64,000 nucleotides of DNA from Acidaminococcales bacterium (GCA_031552765.1 JAVBME010000025.1:3270-67269), one strand, 5' to 3'. Shown: positions 1-10,084, counted from the first letter of the stretch. The notes: a model not told the origin generated them from the sequence alone. Numbers and translations are program-made.

Positions 1-415
1 CGCCCGACAGCTCCGTACCCCGCCGCTTGCGGACATGGCCGACATTAAATTCACTGATGAGCGCCTCCATTTTGTCCTGGCGCTCTTGCGGCAAGGCCGG
101 CGTCAGTTCCAAAATAGACATAATGTTTTCTTCCACAGTAAGCTTGCGGAAAATAGACGCCTCCTGCGGCAGGTAACCAATGCCCGAACGCGCCCTCTCG
201 TGCATGGGCAGATGCGTCACATCGCGCCCGTCTACCGTCACAGTGCCGTAGTCAGGCTTTTCTAAGCCGACTATCATATAAAAAGTAGTGGTTTTACCCG
301 CCCCGTTAGGACCCAGCAGGCCGACGATCGTCCCTTGCTGCACAGTTATGCTGACATGGTTGACTACCGTGCGGCCCTTATATGCTTTTACCAAATCTTT
401 TGTTTGTATGTACAT
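1..415 (-). CDS. lptB: LPS export ABC transporter ATP-binding protein LptB (N-terminal part; the C-terminus lies beyond the window edge)
   Basis: Manual minus-strand translation from the ATG at 415 gives [59 protein letters not shown]..., with Walker [10 protein letters not shown]. It lies directly downstream of lptC-lptA. It is absent from the ORF track because it runs off the window. Confidence 0.85.
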   Translation of the reverse strand, partial: MYIQTKDLVKAYKGRTVVNHVSITVQQGTIVGLLGPNGAGKTTTFYMIVGLEKPDYGTVTVDGRDVTHLPMHERARSGIGYLPQEASIFRKLTVEENIMSILELTPALPQERQDKMEALISEFNVGHVRKRRGTELSG

Positions 416-433
416 ATACTTTTCCCTATCTTA

Positions 434-1285
434 TCACGGTTTTCCGGGCGGCTGCCATACCGGCCGTTCTTGCGGCTTTTCTACATATTGTCCAGGTGTT
501 TTTCCGTCTTCCTTGTCAGTTCCTTTAGCGCCGCCTTTTTCTTCGGGTCCCGGGCCGCCTTTAGGCGGCTCGTCTTTAGGCACTATCACCATCTTCACGT
601 TGCCCTTAGCCTCGCTCTGGCTGCTGTCGCTTTTTATCGTGAGAACATTGCCGGCAATCCTGTTGCCGTCCTGGATAGCCCAGGCATTACCTGTCAATAC
701 GATGTCGCCCGGTTTTTCCTTGGTACCTGACGTATATACCGCTTTATCCCCGGCCGCCGTCAATTTACGCGGCGGACTAGATATTTCTACATTGCGTTCG
801 GCTACGGCCACGCCTTTTTTCATATCGTAGTTCATGTACACTGCCGTCAGCACACTGCCGTCAGACTGTACCAGTTTTGCCCAGCCGCCGGACGTCTCCA
901 CAAATTCCCGGTCGGCCCAGTAGTCGAGCCGGTAAGCCGAAAGAGAATCACCCGCTTTGTTTACATGAGCCGAGCCTTCCGCCGCCACATGGTTGCGGCT
1001 CAATATCCAAAGCTTGTCGGCGCTCAAAGTCGTCGTTCCTTTTTGCGCGGTCACGCCGCCGGCAAGCCAACCCTGGTCGGTCTTTACATTGTACTGCGCA
1101 CTCGCCCCTCTGGCCTCGCCGTCTTCTTGGGTAATAACGACATTACCATTGGCTGTGCTTATCCCCGTGCTGGAATCATACTCTATCACATCCGCCTTTA
1201 TGGCTACGGGTTGTTGCTGGGCCGAAACCTCAACGCAAAAAAGGCTCGCTATGCAAATCAAACATACTACCAGTTTCTTATTCAT
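434..1285 (-). CDS. lptA: LptA/OstA-family periplasmic LPS transport protein, elongated, with a Pro/Gly/Lys/Glu-rich tail
   Basis: 283-aa ORF with signal peptide MNKKLVVCLICIASLFCVEVSA. The sequence is OstA-like (IKADVIEYDSSTGISTANGNVVITQ...). It sits between lptC and lptB. The last ~50 aa are low complexity (PKDEPPKGGPGPEEKGGAKGTDKEDGKTPGQ...). Confidence 0.75.
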   Translation of the reverse strand: MNKKLVVCLICIASLFCVEVSAQQQPVAIKADVIEYDSSTGISTANGNVVITQEDGEARGASAQYNVKTDQGWLAGGVTAQKGTTTLSADKLWILSRNHVAAEGSAHVNKAGDSLSAYRLDYWADREFVETSGGWAKLVQSDGSVLTAVYMNYDMKKGVAVAERNVEISSPPRKLTAAGDKAVYTSGTKEKPGDIVLTGNAWAIQDGNRIAGNVLTIKSDSSQSEAKGNVKMVIVPKDEPPKGGPGPEEKGGAKGTDKEDGKTPGQYVEKPQERPVWQPPGKP

Positions 1286-1824
1286 TGTTGCCCTCCCCGT
1301 TGAACCATGCCATTGCCGGTTATTTTCATTTTTATCAATTCGCGGTCTGTTTCTATTTTGTCACCGCTGGCTTCAAACCTGTCATTTTTTATTTCCACTT
1401 TGCCTGTAGCCACAATACTGTTGCCGGCCGGCGCCCAGGTTATTTCCTCGCATTTTAGCGTCCCGCCGCCCGAATACACTGCCAGGACATCCCCTTTAAG
1501 CTGTACTTCCTTGGTCGTCATATTGTAAATGCCGCCCTTGGCCTTGACATCTACAACCGTACCGTCAGCGCGGTAAAGTTTTCCTTTGACCCCGGTCAAA
1601 ATATTGATGTTTTTGCCGGAGTCCACTTCCACCTGATCAGCCGCCAGTTCCCAACTGCGCTTGCCGTCTTTATCCTCTGAAAAATTGGCGTTTTTTATGA
1701 TAGCGTTCGGCAGCTGTGTGGCTACACTTTTGAAAGTTATCAAGTCGCCGCCATAAATGAGCCAATACATGATCCCTGCCAATACGGCAGCTGACAGCAA
1801 GAAATATTTGTATTTTTTTATCAT
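1282..1824 (-). CDS. lptC: LptC-like LPS export protein (membrane-anchored)
   Basis: Preferred start is MIKKYKYFLLSAAVLAGIMYW at 1824, where the ATG overlaps the upstream TGA as ATGA. It has one N-terminal TM helix followed by a beta-rich periplasmic domain. Its stop overlaps the lptA start, giving the lptC-lptA-lptB order. Confidence 0.75.
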   Translation of the reverse strand: MIKKYKYFLLSAAVLAGIMYWLIYGGDLITFKSVATQLPNAIIKNANFSEDKDGKRSWELAADQVEVDSGKNINILTGVKGKLYRADGTVVDVKAKGGIYNMTTKEVQLKGDVLAVYSGGGTLKCEEITWAPAGNSIVATGKVEIKNDRFEASGDKIETDRELIKMKITGNGMVQRGGQQ

Positions 1825-2708
1825 ATTTCCTTCTCCCCTTCCGGCGGATTGTAGGGAGTATTCCAGCGTTTTTGGAACCACAGCCAATTGTCCGGATGCT
1901 TTTTGATAACTTCTTCGACTATCTCTGTCATGCGCTTGGTGCAGTTGTACATATCAAGTTCTTCATTGCCGGTATCTTCATAATGAAAGGAATCGTAAAC
2001 AATAGTGCTGTGGCCACCGTCCGGCCTTCTCACAATAAAAATGGGCACAATGGGCGCCTTGAATTTTTTGGCAAAAAATGCCGGCCCTAACGGAGTTGAC
2101 GCCATTTTTCCCAGGAAAGGCAAAAATATACCGTCATAGCCGCCGTCCTGGTCGGCGATAAAGCCCAGCATCTTTCCGGCTTTCATCGCCCGCGCCGCAA
2201 TAATGATCTCGTTGGTTCCGCGCGCAAACAGTTCCATGCCGGCCCCGGAGCGGAGCTCTTGCAATATCCTGTTTACACTTTCATTAGGCTGCTTTTTTAT
2301 AAAACTGGTCAAAGGATAGCCGTACATAGCGAGCGCCGCTCCCAACCATTCCCAGTTGTCGAGGTGCACGGCCAGCACGACCACTCCCTTACCTTCTTTT
2401 ACCGCACCCCATAAAACGTCTTCTCTTTCTATATGCACATATTTCCTGATGTTTTTCTTGTTTAGCCGCGGCATGTACAGTATCTCCATAAGGGTCATGC
2501 CAATATTACGGCACATAGCGCGGGTTATCTCATCAGCCCGCTCCTCCGTCACCTCAAGGCGTTCCCTGATAGTAGCGCGGGCGCGGTCTACCTGCTTTTT
2601 TGCCGCTTTATAATAAATATTGCCAAGCTTTTTCCCCAGCCAGAGTATCGTGCTGTAGGGTAATAAGCATGCTATTTTTATCAGCAGTTTAAAAAAGTAA
2701 TACTGCAT
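1821..2708 (-). CDS. lpxL: Lipid A biosynthesis late acyltransferase (LpxL/HtrB family), copy 1
   Basis: Lysophospholipid/lipid A acyltransferase-like sequence with the motif AVHLDNWEW (HxxxxE/D type). Likely start is MQYYFFKLL at 2708, forming TAATG with the kdsC stop; the ORF track extends it to 2723. It is a paralogue of 14371..15258. Confidence 0.8.
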   Translation of the reverse strand: MQYYFFKLLIKIACLLPYSTILWLGKKLGNIYYKAAKKQVDRARATIRERLEVTEERADEITRAMCRNIGMTLMEILYMPRLNKKNIRKYVHIEREDVLWGAVKEGKGVVVLAVHLDNWEWLGAALAMYGYPLTSFIKKQPNESVNRILQELRSGAGMELFARGTNEIIIAARAMKAGKMLGFIADQDGGYDGIFLPFLGKMASTPLGPAFFAKKFKAPIVPIFIVRRPDGGHSTIVYDSFHYEDTGNEELDMYNCTKRMTEIVEEVIKKHPDNWLWFQKRWNTPYNPPEGEKEI

Positions 2709-3250
2709 TACTGACCGCCACACCCTTTTTTTCTATAAGAATCCACTGCCTCTGCCCACTTGTCCTGCGCACGCAAAATGCATTCTATTATTTCGCGCAC
2801 GGCTCCTTTGCCGCCCGGTAAAGAAGCCACATAATGGACAGATTCTTTTACTTCCGCCACAGCATCCGCGGGGGCCGCGGCAAACCCGGCTAAAGCAAGC
2901 ACCGGCAGGTCATTGAGGTCGTCGCCGACATATGCCACCTGTTCCAAGCCCAAGCTTAACCTCGCGCACAGTTCTTGCAATACATGCCCTTTGTCTTCCA
3001 CTCCCTGAAAAAGATGCTCTATCTTAAGCTCGGCTGCTCTTTTTTCTAAAATAGCGCCGCTTTTCCTGCCTGTAATGATGGCAAACAGCAACCCTGCCCT
3101 GCGAGCGGCCGTAATGCCCAAGCCGTCTTTTGCATTAAAGCGCTTGCCTATTTCGCCATTTTCGCCGATAAATACACTGCCGTCCGTCAAAGTGCCGTCC
3201 ACGTCCAAAACCAGGAGGCGCACTTTTTTGGCCCGTGTTATGTTATCCAT
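2708..3250 (-). CDS. kdsC: 3-deoxy-D-manno-octulosonate 8-phosphate phosphatase (HAD family)
   Basis: HAD motif LLVLDVDGTLTDG and C-terminal YVGDDLNDL. About 180 aa and adjacent to kdsD, as in kdsD-kdsC loci. Confidence 0.9.
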   Translation of the reverse strand: MDNITRAKKVRLLVLDVDGTLTDGSVFIGENGEIGKRFNAKDGLGITAARRAGLLFAIITGRKSGAILEKRAAELKIEHLFQGVEDKGHVLQELCARLSLGLEQVAYVGDDLNDLPVLALAGFAAAPADAVAEVKESVHYVASLPGGKGAVREIIECILRAQDKWAEAVDSYRKKGCGGQ

Positions 3251-4215
3251 TATACCACTCCCTGGCGCACTAGGTCGGTCATATGTAAAAGACCTACTAT
3301 TTTTCTATCTTCATCCACTACCGGCAAAACGGTTATCGGACGCGGCTTGTTGCTCTCCATTATGTGCAGGGCCTCGGCCGCCAGTTTTTCCGGCGTTATC
3401 GTCTTGGCCGTCAGCGTCATAGTTTCTTTTACCGGCCGGTCTAAAAACTCATAACCACGTTCCAAACCGCGGCGGACATCGCCGTCGGTAAGTATCCCGG
3501 CCATGCGGCCAGCGTCGTCAACTACGCTCACCGCGCCCAATCCTTTGTCGGTAATGACAAACAGCGCTTCGCGTACCGTCTTGTCTTCTCCCACCAGCGG
3601 ACAGTCTGCGCCTTGGTGCATCACGTCTTTAACCGTCAACAGCAGCTTGCGCCCCAGAGAACCGCCCGGGTGGAAAACCGCGAAATCGTCGGCGGAAAAT
3701 TTACGTAGCGCCTGCAAGGATATCGCCAGGGCGTCGCCATAAGCCAGCGCCGCAGTAGTGCTTGCCGTCGGCGCAAGGCCTAACGGACAGGCTTCTTTAT
3801 CGACGCCGGCGTCTAAAAATATGTCGGCCGTTTTCGCCAAGGTAGACTGTTTAGCGCCGCAAAGAGCGATAAGTTTTGCCCCGATGCGCCTTATGGACGG
3901 CAGTATCTGCAAAAGCTCCGCTGTTTCACCGCTGTTGGAAAGAGCGACCACCACATCGCCTTCTGTGACCATCCCAAGGTCGCCATGCACCCCTTCAGCC
4001 GGATGCAGGAAAAAAGACGGCGTGCCGGTGCTGGCCAAAGTCGCGGCAATCTTCCTGCCTACTAAGCCCGACTTGCCCATACCTGTTATGACTACCCGGC
4101 CTTTACAGTCCAATATAAGTCTGAGCGCCGCTTCAAACTCTTTTCCCAAACGCGGGATGAGGGCAAGTATAGCCTGCGCTTCTATCTCAAGAACTTCCTT
4201 AGCTGTCTCTAACAT
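3250..4215 (-). CDS. kdsD: Arabinose-5-phosphate isomerase (SIS plus tandem CBS domains)
   Basis: SIS motif VVITGMGKSGLVGRKIAATLASTGTPSFFLHPAE. The C-terminal CBS pair includes VVDDAGRMAGILTDGDVRR and VVDEDRKIVGLLHMTDL. Confidence 0.9.
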   Translation of the reverse strand: MLETAKEVLEIEAQAILALIPRLGKEFEAALRLILDCKGRVVITGMGKSGLVGRKIAATLASTGTPSFFLHPAEGVHGDLGMVTEGDVVVALSNSGETAELLQILPSIRRIGAKLIALCGAKQSTLAKTADIFLDAGVDKEACPLGLAPTASTTAALAYGDALAISLQALRKFSADDFAVFHPGGSLGRKLLLTVKDVMHQGADCPLVGEDKTVREALFVITDKGLGAVSVVDDAGRMAGILTDGDVRRGLERGYEFLDRPVKETMTLTAKTITPEKLAAEALHIMESNKPRPITVLPVVDEDRKIVGLLHMTDLVRQGVV

Positions 4216-4228
4216 GTTCCCTCCCCTG

Positions 4229-5059
4229 TCACTTCAGGCCGCGACGCCGCAAAACGGCGTCGATATCCAAAACATCGCGCAAAAGGTCTTCCAACATATC
4301 GAGGCGTACCATATTCGGCCCGTCGGAAAGGGCTTCTTCCGGGTTGTCATGCACTTCCAGGAATAATGCGTCTATGCCTGCCGCCGCCGCCGCCCGCGCC
4401 ATACATGGCACAAACTGGCTCTGCCCGCCGGACGTCGTACCCTGGCCGCCTGGCGTTTGCACACTATGGGTAGCGTCCATCACTACCGGATAGCCTAAAG
4501 AACGCATGATCGGCAAAGAACGCATATCTGTCACCAGGGTATTATAACCAAAACTGGCGCCGCGCTCTGTAAGCATTATATTATCATTGCCGGTCTCGAG
4601 GATTTTCGCTATGACATTTTTCATATCCCAGGGCGCAAGGAACTGCCCTTTTTTTACATTGACCACCCGGCCGGTCACGGCCGCCGCATTAATAAGGTCG
4701 GTCTGGCGGCACAAAAATGCCGGTATCTGCAAAATATCCAAAACCTCAGCCGCAGGCGCCGCCTGCCCGGTCTCGTGGATATCGCTCACAGCCGGAACGC
4801 CCAGCGCCTCTTTTATCCGCGCGATCTCTTTGAGACCCTCCGCCAAACCCGGCCCGCGGAAAGAAGAAAAAGAGGACCTGTTGGCCTTGTCGAATGACGC
4901 CTTAAAAACATACGGCATCCCCAGCCTACCGGTTATGGCTTTTATTTCCCTGCCGATAGACAAAGTGCGCTCATAGCCTTCCAGCACGCAGGGGCCGGCT
5001 ATCAACAACAGAGGGTTGTTGCCGCCTACTTTATAATTTCCTATATCGATGGTTTTCAT
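4229..5059 (-). CDS. kdsA: 2-dehydro-3-deoxyphosphooctonate aldolase (KDO8P synthase)
   Basis: KdsA-like sequence ([33 protein letters not shown]). Preferred start is MKTIDIG at 5059, preceded by a GGGGGTG RBS; the ORF track start is 5071. Confidence 0.92.
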   Translation of the reverse strand: MKTIDIGNYKVGGNNPLLLIAGPCVLEGYERTLSIGREIKAITGRLGMPYVFKASFDKANRSSFSSFRGPGLAEGLKEIARIKEALGVPAVSDIHETGQAAPAAEVLDILQIPAFLCRQTDLINAAAVTGRVVNVKKGQFLAPWDMKNVIAKILETGNDNIMLTERGASFGYNTLVTDMRSLPIMRSLGYPVVMDATHSVQTPGGQGTTSGGQSQFVPCMARAAAAAGIDALFLEVHDNPEEALSDGPNMVRLDMLEDLLRDVLDIDAVLRRRGLK

Positions 5060-5077
5060 ACGCACCCCCAAAAATGA

Positions 5078-5824
5078 TTATTTGTTGCATGACTCTGCAA
5101 ACAGTTTGTTGGCATGCGCCAAATCTTCAGGCGTATCGACGCCCACGCAGAAAAAATCCGCGGCGATGACTTTGATTTTATAACCGTTCTCCAATGCCCG
5201 CAATTGCTCAAGGCATTCCGTTTGCTCCAGCTCCGTCTGCGGCATTTGCGCAAACTCAAGCAGGAAATCGCGCCGGTAAGCATATATGCCCAAATGTTTA
5301 AAGGAAGAGAATTTTTCGCCCCGCACACGCGGATAAGGCAGCATGGAGCGGGAAAAATAGAGCGCATAGCCGTTTTTATCTGTTACTACTTTTACCGCCG
5401 CCGGGTTAGCAAACTCATCTTCTTTTAACGGTATTTTTACTGTGGCCATTTTAAGCTGCGGCTCATCAAGCAGCGCCGCCGCCAATTGATCGATGATCTC
5501 CGGCGGGATGAAAGGCTCGTCGCCCTGCACATTTATGATGATATCGGCGTCGGGATATTTCCTGGCGACTTCAGCCAGGCGGTCTGTACCGCTTGGATGG
5601 TCAGGGGATGTAAGCAAAGCTTTGCCGCCAAAAGCTGAAACCGCTCCCACAACACGCTCGTCATCTGTAGCGACCAGGACTTCCCTGCTCAGGCGCGACT
5701 TTGCCGCCTGCTCGCACACATGCTGTATCATCGGCTTGCCGCCAATGAGGGCCAGCGGTTTTCCCGGCAGACGGGTAGAGGCATAACGCGCCGGTATCAC
5801 ACAAAGCACTTTTACTTCAGCCAT
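5078..5824 (-). CDS. kdsB: 3-deoxy-manno-octulosonate cytidylyltransferase (CMP-KDO synthetase)
   Basis: The N-terminus VIPARYASTRLPGKPL is typical of KdsB. 248 aa; its start overlaps the end of the upstream waaA-lpxK ORF. Confidence 0.92.
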   Translation of the reverse strand: MAEVKVLCVIPARYASTRLPGKPLALIGGKPMIQHVCEQAAKSRLSREVLVATDDERVVGAVSAFGGKALLTSPDHPSGTDRLAEVARKYPDADIIINVQGDEPFIPPEIIDQLAAALLDEPQLKMATVKIPLKEDEFANPAAVKVVTDKNGYALYFSRSMLPYPRVRGEKFSSFKHLGIYAYRRDFLLEFAQMPQTELEQTECLEQLRALENGYKIKVIAADFFCVGVDTPEDLAHANKLFAESCNK

Positions 5825-8339
5825 CCCTTCGCCCCCCTGTCATCGCCTGGCGCAACACTTCCTCAAACTGTCCGTCATTGTCTTTCATCTTTACTTCTAT
5901 GCAAAGTACATAAAGCGGGCAAGCCCGTTCCAGGTAAATAAATTCCGTCGGTATCTTTACCGCGTCTTTTTCCGTGATGATGATAGCATGTACATTTTTT
6001 TCTAAAGCCCTCTCCAGAACATACTGCATCTCACTCATACAGTAGTCATGATGGTCGGGGTAACGGATGGTTTCCACCAGGTCTATGCCGATATCGGACA
6101 ACGACTGCTCGAAAGAAGCCGGGTTGCCGATAGCGGAAAAAGCCAGGACGGATTTGCCGTCCATTTCCTGCAAAGGCAAAGGACTGGCGCCGGTGCCTTT
6201 GTACCACTCGGCGATTTCCATAAAATGCTTGGGAAAATGCACGCTTTCAAAAACCAGAGCGTCCGGGTTGTTCTTTTTCAGGATATTGCGCACGTATTTA
6301 TGCGAGTATTCCGGCGACTGGTCTGTTTTAGTTAATATAAACATATTCGCCCGGTCAAGGTGCTTGAGCGGCTCACGCAAAGTACCGCGCGGCAACAGGC
6401 AGCTGTTGCCGAACATGTTGAGCGTGTCCACCAGGACTACGTCCAAATCGCGGGCCAGTTGCCAATGCTGATAGCCGTCGTCCATGATTATGACATCGAC
6501 ATCCATATTGCTGGCCACATACTCACCGCTTATAGCGCGGTCTTTACCGATTACTATAGGTATGCCCGGCATTTGCTTGGCCAAAAGGTAAGCTTCATCG
6601 CCCGCCTCAAAGGCCGTCATGTAGATCTTTTTACCGTCAGAGACGACGCCTACCGGCTTGTCCCAATGCGCGCGGTAACCGCGGTTCAAAACGACCACTT
6701 TGTAGCCCATATCGCGCAGCATAGTCGCCATAGTACGGGCGGTCGGGGTTTTGCCCGTGCCGCCGAGCGTGATATTGCCGAGGCTGATGACTTTACAGGG
6801 CAGACGGCTCTGGCTGAACACGCCTATGTTGTACATTATCAGCTTTATCTTGAGGCCGCCTTCGTACAGCAGGGAAAAGATACTGAGGCAGGCCAGCGCG
6901 ACCATATCCCAGCCGTTTTTAACATTGCCGTGGATAAGTTTATACAGATGGAGCTCTGTGCGGCGGCTGAACTTTCTTTCTTCCGCCGAAGCCCAGTCGG
7001 TTATCTCGTAAGTACGCGGCAAGTTCCGCACTACCGGACCGGCCAGCATCTCCTTGAGATAATTTATACTGCTGGAGGCCGCGCCGCGATTTTCTTTTAT
7101 TATAGCGTAAGAAGCCTCGCCCATCTTCTGGCGCAGGCTGTCGTCAGACAATATCTGCAAAAGCTTTTCCGCCAGTTCGCCTTCGCTGCGTACGGTAGCG
7201 CAGGCGCCCCGGTTGACGAGCAGCGAGTAGGAATCCTTGAAGTTAAACATATTGGGGCCGACTATTATCGGTTTGCCGTGAGCGGCCGGCTCAAGGACAT
7301 TGTGCCCGCCGTGGGGTATAAGGCTGCCGCCTACGTACACCACGTCGCCCACTGCGTAAATACGGCCGAGTTCGCCGATAGTGTCGATAAGCACCACCGG
7401 ATGACGGTCGCGTTTATCCGCCTCTTGTTTTAAAAGCTCCGAGCGTTTGGCGCAAACAAGACCTTCGCCTCTGGCCAAACTTTGTATCTCGTTTAACCGC
7501 CCAGGTTTTCTGGGCGCTATGACCAGGCAGGCCTCAGGAAAATCTTTGCGCACAAGAGAAAACGCCGACAACAGGGCTTTTTCTTCCCCCGGATGGGTAC
7601 TTCCCGCCACTATGATCGGTCCTTTACCTTTTATGCCCAGTTCATCGAGAAAACGCAGACGGTCTTCTTCCGTGACTTCGGCATAAGTCTGGTCAAACTT
7701 GGTGTTGCCGGTAACGACGACTTTGGCCGGGTCTGCCCCCAGCCGCATGATATATTCGGCATCAAGTGCAGATTGCATGCAAAAACGCCCTACGCTGCCC
7801 AACATGTCGGAAAGTATGCCATAAAGGTACTTATAAGTTTTGACGCTTTTATCGCTTATACGGCCATTGACCATCATAATGGGTATGCCGCGCCGGCTGA
7901 TGTCTAAAAGAAAGTTCGGCCACAACTCGGTTTCTACCGGCATGAAGATACGTGGGCGGATGCGCTCCACCACCAGATTAGTCACAGCCGGCAGATCGAG
8001 AGGGAAAAATATGACCGCATTGGCCTCTGGGATGATCTGTTTAGCCATAGTATAGCCGCCGGTAGTTACCGCCGACACTAGTATAGGCACATCGGGAAAA
8101 GCTTTTCTTATCTCTTTCACCAACGGGCTGGTAGCCACGATTTCACCGACTGAAGCGCCGTGTATCCAAATAGCGTTGCGCAAAGCCACGCCAGCTATCT
8201 CGTGCTCGCAGAAAAAGCCCATACTCTGGCGGAAACGGCGCGGAAAGCCTTTTTCTTTCAGAGACCGGTAGCAATATATGGGTATGACACAGAAAAAGAA
8301 GACAAAGACCAGTAAAATATCATAAATTACATATAGCAT
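5817..8339 (-). CDS. Fused bifunctional protein: N-terminal Kdo transferase (WaaA/KdtA) plus C-terminal tetraacyldisaccharide 4'-kinase (LpxK)
   Basis: Single uninterrupted 840-aa ORF. Residues ~1-430 are WaaA-like (IWIHGASVGE, GGSL.PHGGHNVLEPA). Residues ~470-840 are LpxK-like, with the P-loop VISLGNITLGGTGKTP and DDGYQH. Confidence 0.85.
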   Translation of the reverse strand: MLYVIYDILLVFVFFFCVIPIYCYRSLKEKGFPRRFRQSMGFFCEHEIAGVALRNAIWIHGASVGEIVATSPLVKEIRKAFPDVPILVSAVTTGGYTMAKQIIPEANAVIFFPLDLPAVTNLVVERIRPRIFMPVETELWPNFLLDISRRGIPIMMVNGRISDKSVKTYKYLYGILSDMLGSVGRFCMQSALDAEYIMRLGADPAKVVVTGNTKFDQTYAEVTEEDRLRFLDELGIKGKGPIIVAGSTHPGEEKALLSAFSLVRKDFPEACLVIAPRKPGRLNEIQSLARGEGLVCAKRSELLKQEADKRDRHPVVLIDTIGELGRIYAVGDVVYVGGSLIPHGGHNVLEPAAHGKPIIVGPNMFNFKDSYSLLVNRGACATVRSEGELAEKLLQILSDDSLRQKMGEASYAIIKENRGAASSSINYLKEMLAGPVVRNLPRTYEITDWASAEERKFSRRTELHLYKLIHGNVKNGWDMVALACLSIFSLLYEGGLKIKLIMYNIGVFSQSRLPCKVISLGNITLGGTGKTPTARTMATMLRDMGYKVVVLNRGYRAHWDKPVGVVSDGKKIYMTAFEAGDEAYLLAKQMPGIPIVIGKDRAISGEYVASNMDVDVIIMDDGYQHWQLARDLDVVLVDTLNMFGNSCLLPRGTLREPLKHLDRANMFILTKTDQSPEYSHKYVRNILKKNNPDALVFESVHFPKHFMEIAEWYKGTGASPLPLQEMDGKSVLAFSAIGNPASFEQSLSDIGIDLVETIRYPDHHDYCMSEMQYVLERALEKNVHAIIITEKDAVKIPTEFIYLERACPLYVLCIEVKMKDNDGQFEEVLRQAMTGGRRDG

Positions 8340-10084
8340 TTATCGGCTCCATTTCCCATGTCTTTTTCCCGAAACTGCGCTTGGTAAAGCTTGGCGTATA
8401 AGCCGTCATACGCCAAGAGGCTTTCGTGCGTGCCTTTTTCCGCCAACCGCCCTTTATCCAGCACTAAAATCAGATCCGCGCGCTGTATAGTGGACAGGCG
8501 GTGCGCTATTACAAAAGAAGTCCTGCCGACCAGCAGCCGGTCGAGGGCTTCCTGCACGATTTTTTCGCTTTCCGTATCAAGAGCAGACGTCGCCTCGTCC
8601 AAAACCAGGATGCGCGGATCTTTCAAAAGCGCGCGGGCAATGGATATCCTCTGGCGTTGGCCGCCGGAAAGGTTTGCCCCCCGGTCGCCCAGCATAGTGT
8701 CATAACCGTTTGGCAGTTCGGTGATGAAATTATCGGCATTGGCCGAACGCGCGGCCGTGATAACTTCTTCGCGGCTAGCGTCCAGCCGCCCGTAAAGGAT
8801 ATTGTCATAAACACTGCCGTTGAACAGCATAGTTTCCTGCGGCACGATACCTATCTGCCCGCGCAAAGAGGCCATGGTCACATCATTTATATCTATCCCG
8901 TCGATCATTATCCTGCCGCCGGTCGCTTCATAAAAACGCGATAGGAGATTGGACACCGTGGTTTTGCCGGCGCCGCTCGGGCCTACTATAGCTACTAGCT
9001 GTCCGGCCTCCGCTTTAAAGTCCAGGCCATTCAATACCGGCTCGCCCGGGTTATAAGAAAAATCCACCTGATCAAAAATGACCTCGCCTTTGACAGGCGG
9101 TAACTCAATAGCGCCAGGCTTATCGACGACATCCACCGGCATGTCCAAAATGCTGAACACGCGCTGCGCGGCGGCCATAGCCCTTTGTATATCGGCAAAG
9201 ACCCGCGTCAGCCGTTTGATCGGATTGGAAATATTAACAGCGTAAATCAAAAAAGCGATAAGCGAACCTGCTGTTGTGCGCCCATCTATGACTTCCCGCC
9301 CGCCATACCAGATTATCGCGGTAACGCCAAGCGCTGCGGTAAATTCTATCACCGGCGATAATATTGCGCTCAATTGGGCGTTTTTCATATTGGCCCGGAA
9401 ATTGAGCATATTTTCCTTGTCAAATTTTTCTATTTCATACTCTTCACGCACAAAAGACTTTACTACCCGCGCGGAAGAAATCGTCTCCTGCAAGACCGAG
9501 GTTATATCCGCGGTACACTCTTGGATGCGATGCCCGGAAGCTCGGAGTTTCTTTCCGAAAACATTTATTATGTATAAAACAACCGGAAAAGTGGCGAAGG
9601 TAAATAATGTGAGTTTCCAGTCCAGCCATACCATAGCCGCGATAGAACCCACAAGAACTACTCCCTCGGTAAAAAGGTCTATGACGCTTTGGATGAGCGC
9701 CCCTTGCAAAGCGGCGACATCGTTGGTCACATAGCTCATTATCGTACCGGTTTTGTTTTTTTCGTAAAAAGACAGGCCCAGTTCATTAAGTTTACGGTAA
9801 ACTTGCGCCCGTAGGTCGATTATCACCCGTTGCCCGGCATAAGCCATCAAATAGCTCTGACCGAAAAAAAACAGCCCCCGGGCAAAAAATACGGCGACGA
9901 TGCCCAACGCTATGATATTGAGCATCATGGAGTCACGGGCCGCCAGTACCTTGTCTATTATTTCCCGCACTATCCAGGGAACATACAGATTTCCCGCCGT
10001 AGCCATCATGGTGCAGAACATAGCGAAAAACAGCTTTGGAGCATAAGGTTTTATATATTTAAACAACCGTATATATTGATTCAT
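8327..10084 (-). CDS. msbA: Lipid A export ABC transporter, fused permease/ATPase (MsbA-like)
   Basis: 585 aa with six predicted TM segments followed by an NBD. NBD motifs are Walker A GPSGAGKTT, signature LSGGQRQR and Walker B ILVLDEATSALD. Embedded in the lipid A operon. Confidence 0.85.
   Translation of the reverse strand: MNQYIRLFKYIKPYAPKLFFAMFCTMMATAGNLYVPWIVREIIDKVLAARDSMMLNIIALGIVAVFFARGLFFFGQSYLMAYAGQRVIIDLRAQVYRKLNELGLSFYEKNKTGTIMSYVTNDVAALQGALIQSVIDLFTEGVVLVGSIAAMVWLDWKLTLFTFATFPVVLYIINVFGKKLRASGHRIQECTADITSVLQETISSARVVKSFVREEYEIEKFDKENMLNFRANMKNAQLSAILSPVIEFTAALGVTAIIWYGGREVIDGRTTAGSLIAFLIYAVNISNPIKRLTRVFADIQRAMAAAQRVFSILDMPVDVVDKPGAIELPPVKGEVIFDQVDFSYNPGEPVLNGLDFKAEAGQLVAIVGPSGAGKTTVSNLLSRFYEATGGRIMIDGIDINDVTMASLRGQIGIVPQETMLFNGSVYDNILYGRLDASREEVITAARSANADNFITELPNGYDTMLGDRGANLSGGQRQRISIARALLKDPRILVLDEATSALDTESEKIVQEALDRLLVGRTSFVIAHRLSTIQRADLILVLDKGRLAEKGTHESLLAYDGLYAKLYQAQFREKDMGNGADKCYM

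Noticed and set aside
288-1409. Plus-strand ORFs of 112-180 aa overlapping lptB/lptA/lptC
   Set aside because: They are antisense to genes with clear motifs. Their sequences are Pro/Ser/Leu-rich and low in information.
6360-7433. 357-aa plus-strand ORF, with neighbours at 6048..6471 and 7447..8055
   Set aside because: It is fully antisense to the well-supported waaA-lpxK ORF. Its Arg/Ala/His-rich composition is typical of the reverse frame of a coding region, it has no RBS, and I recognise no motif.
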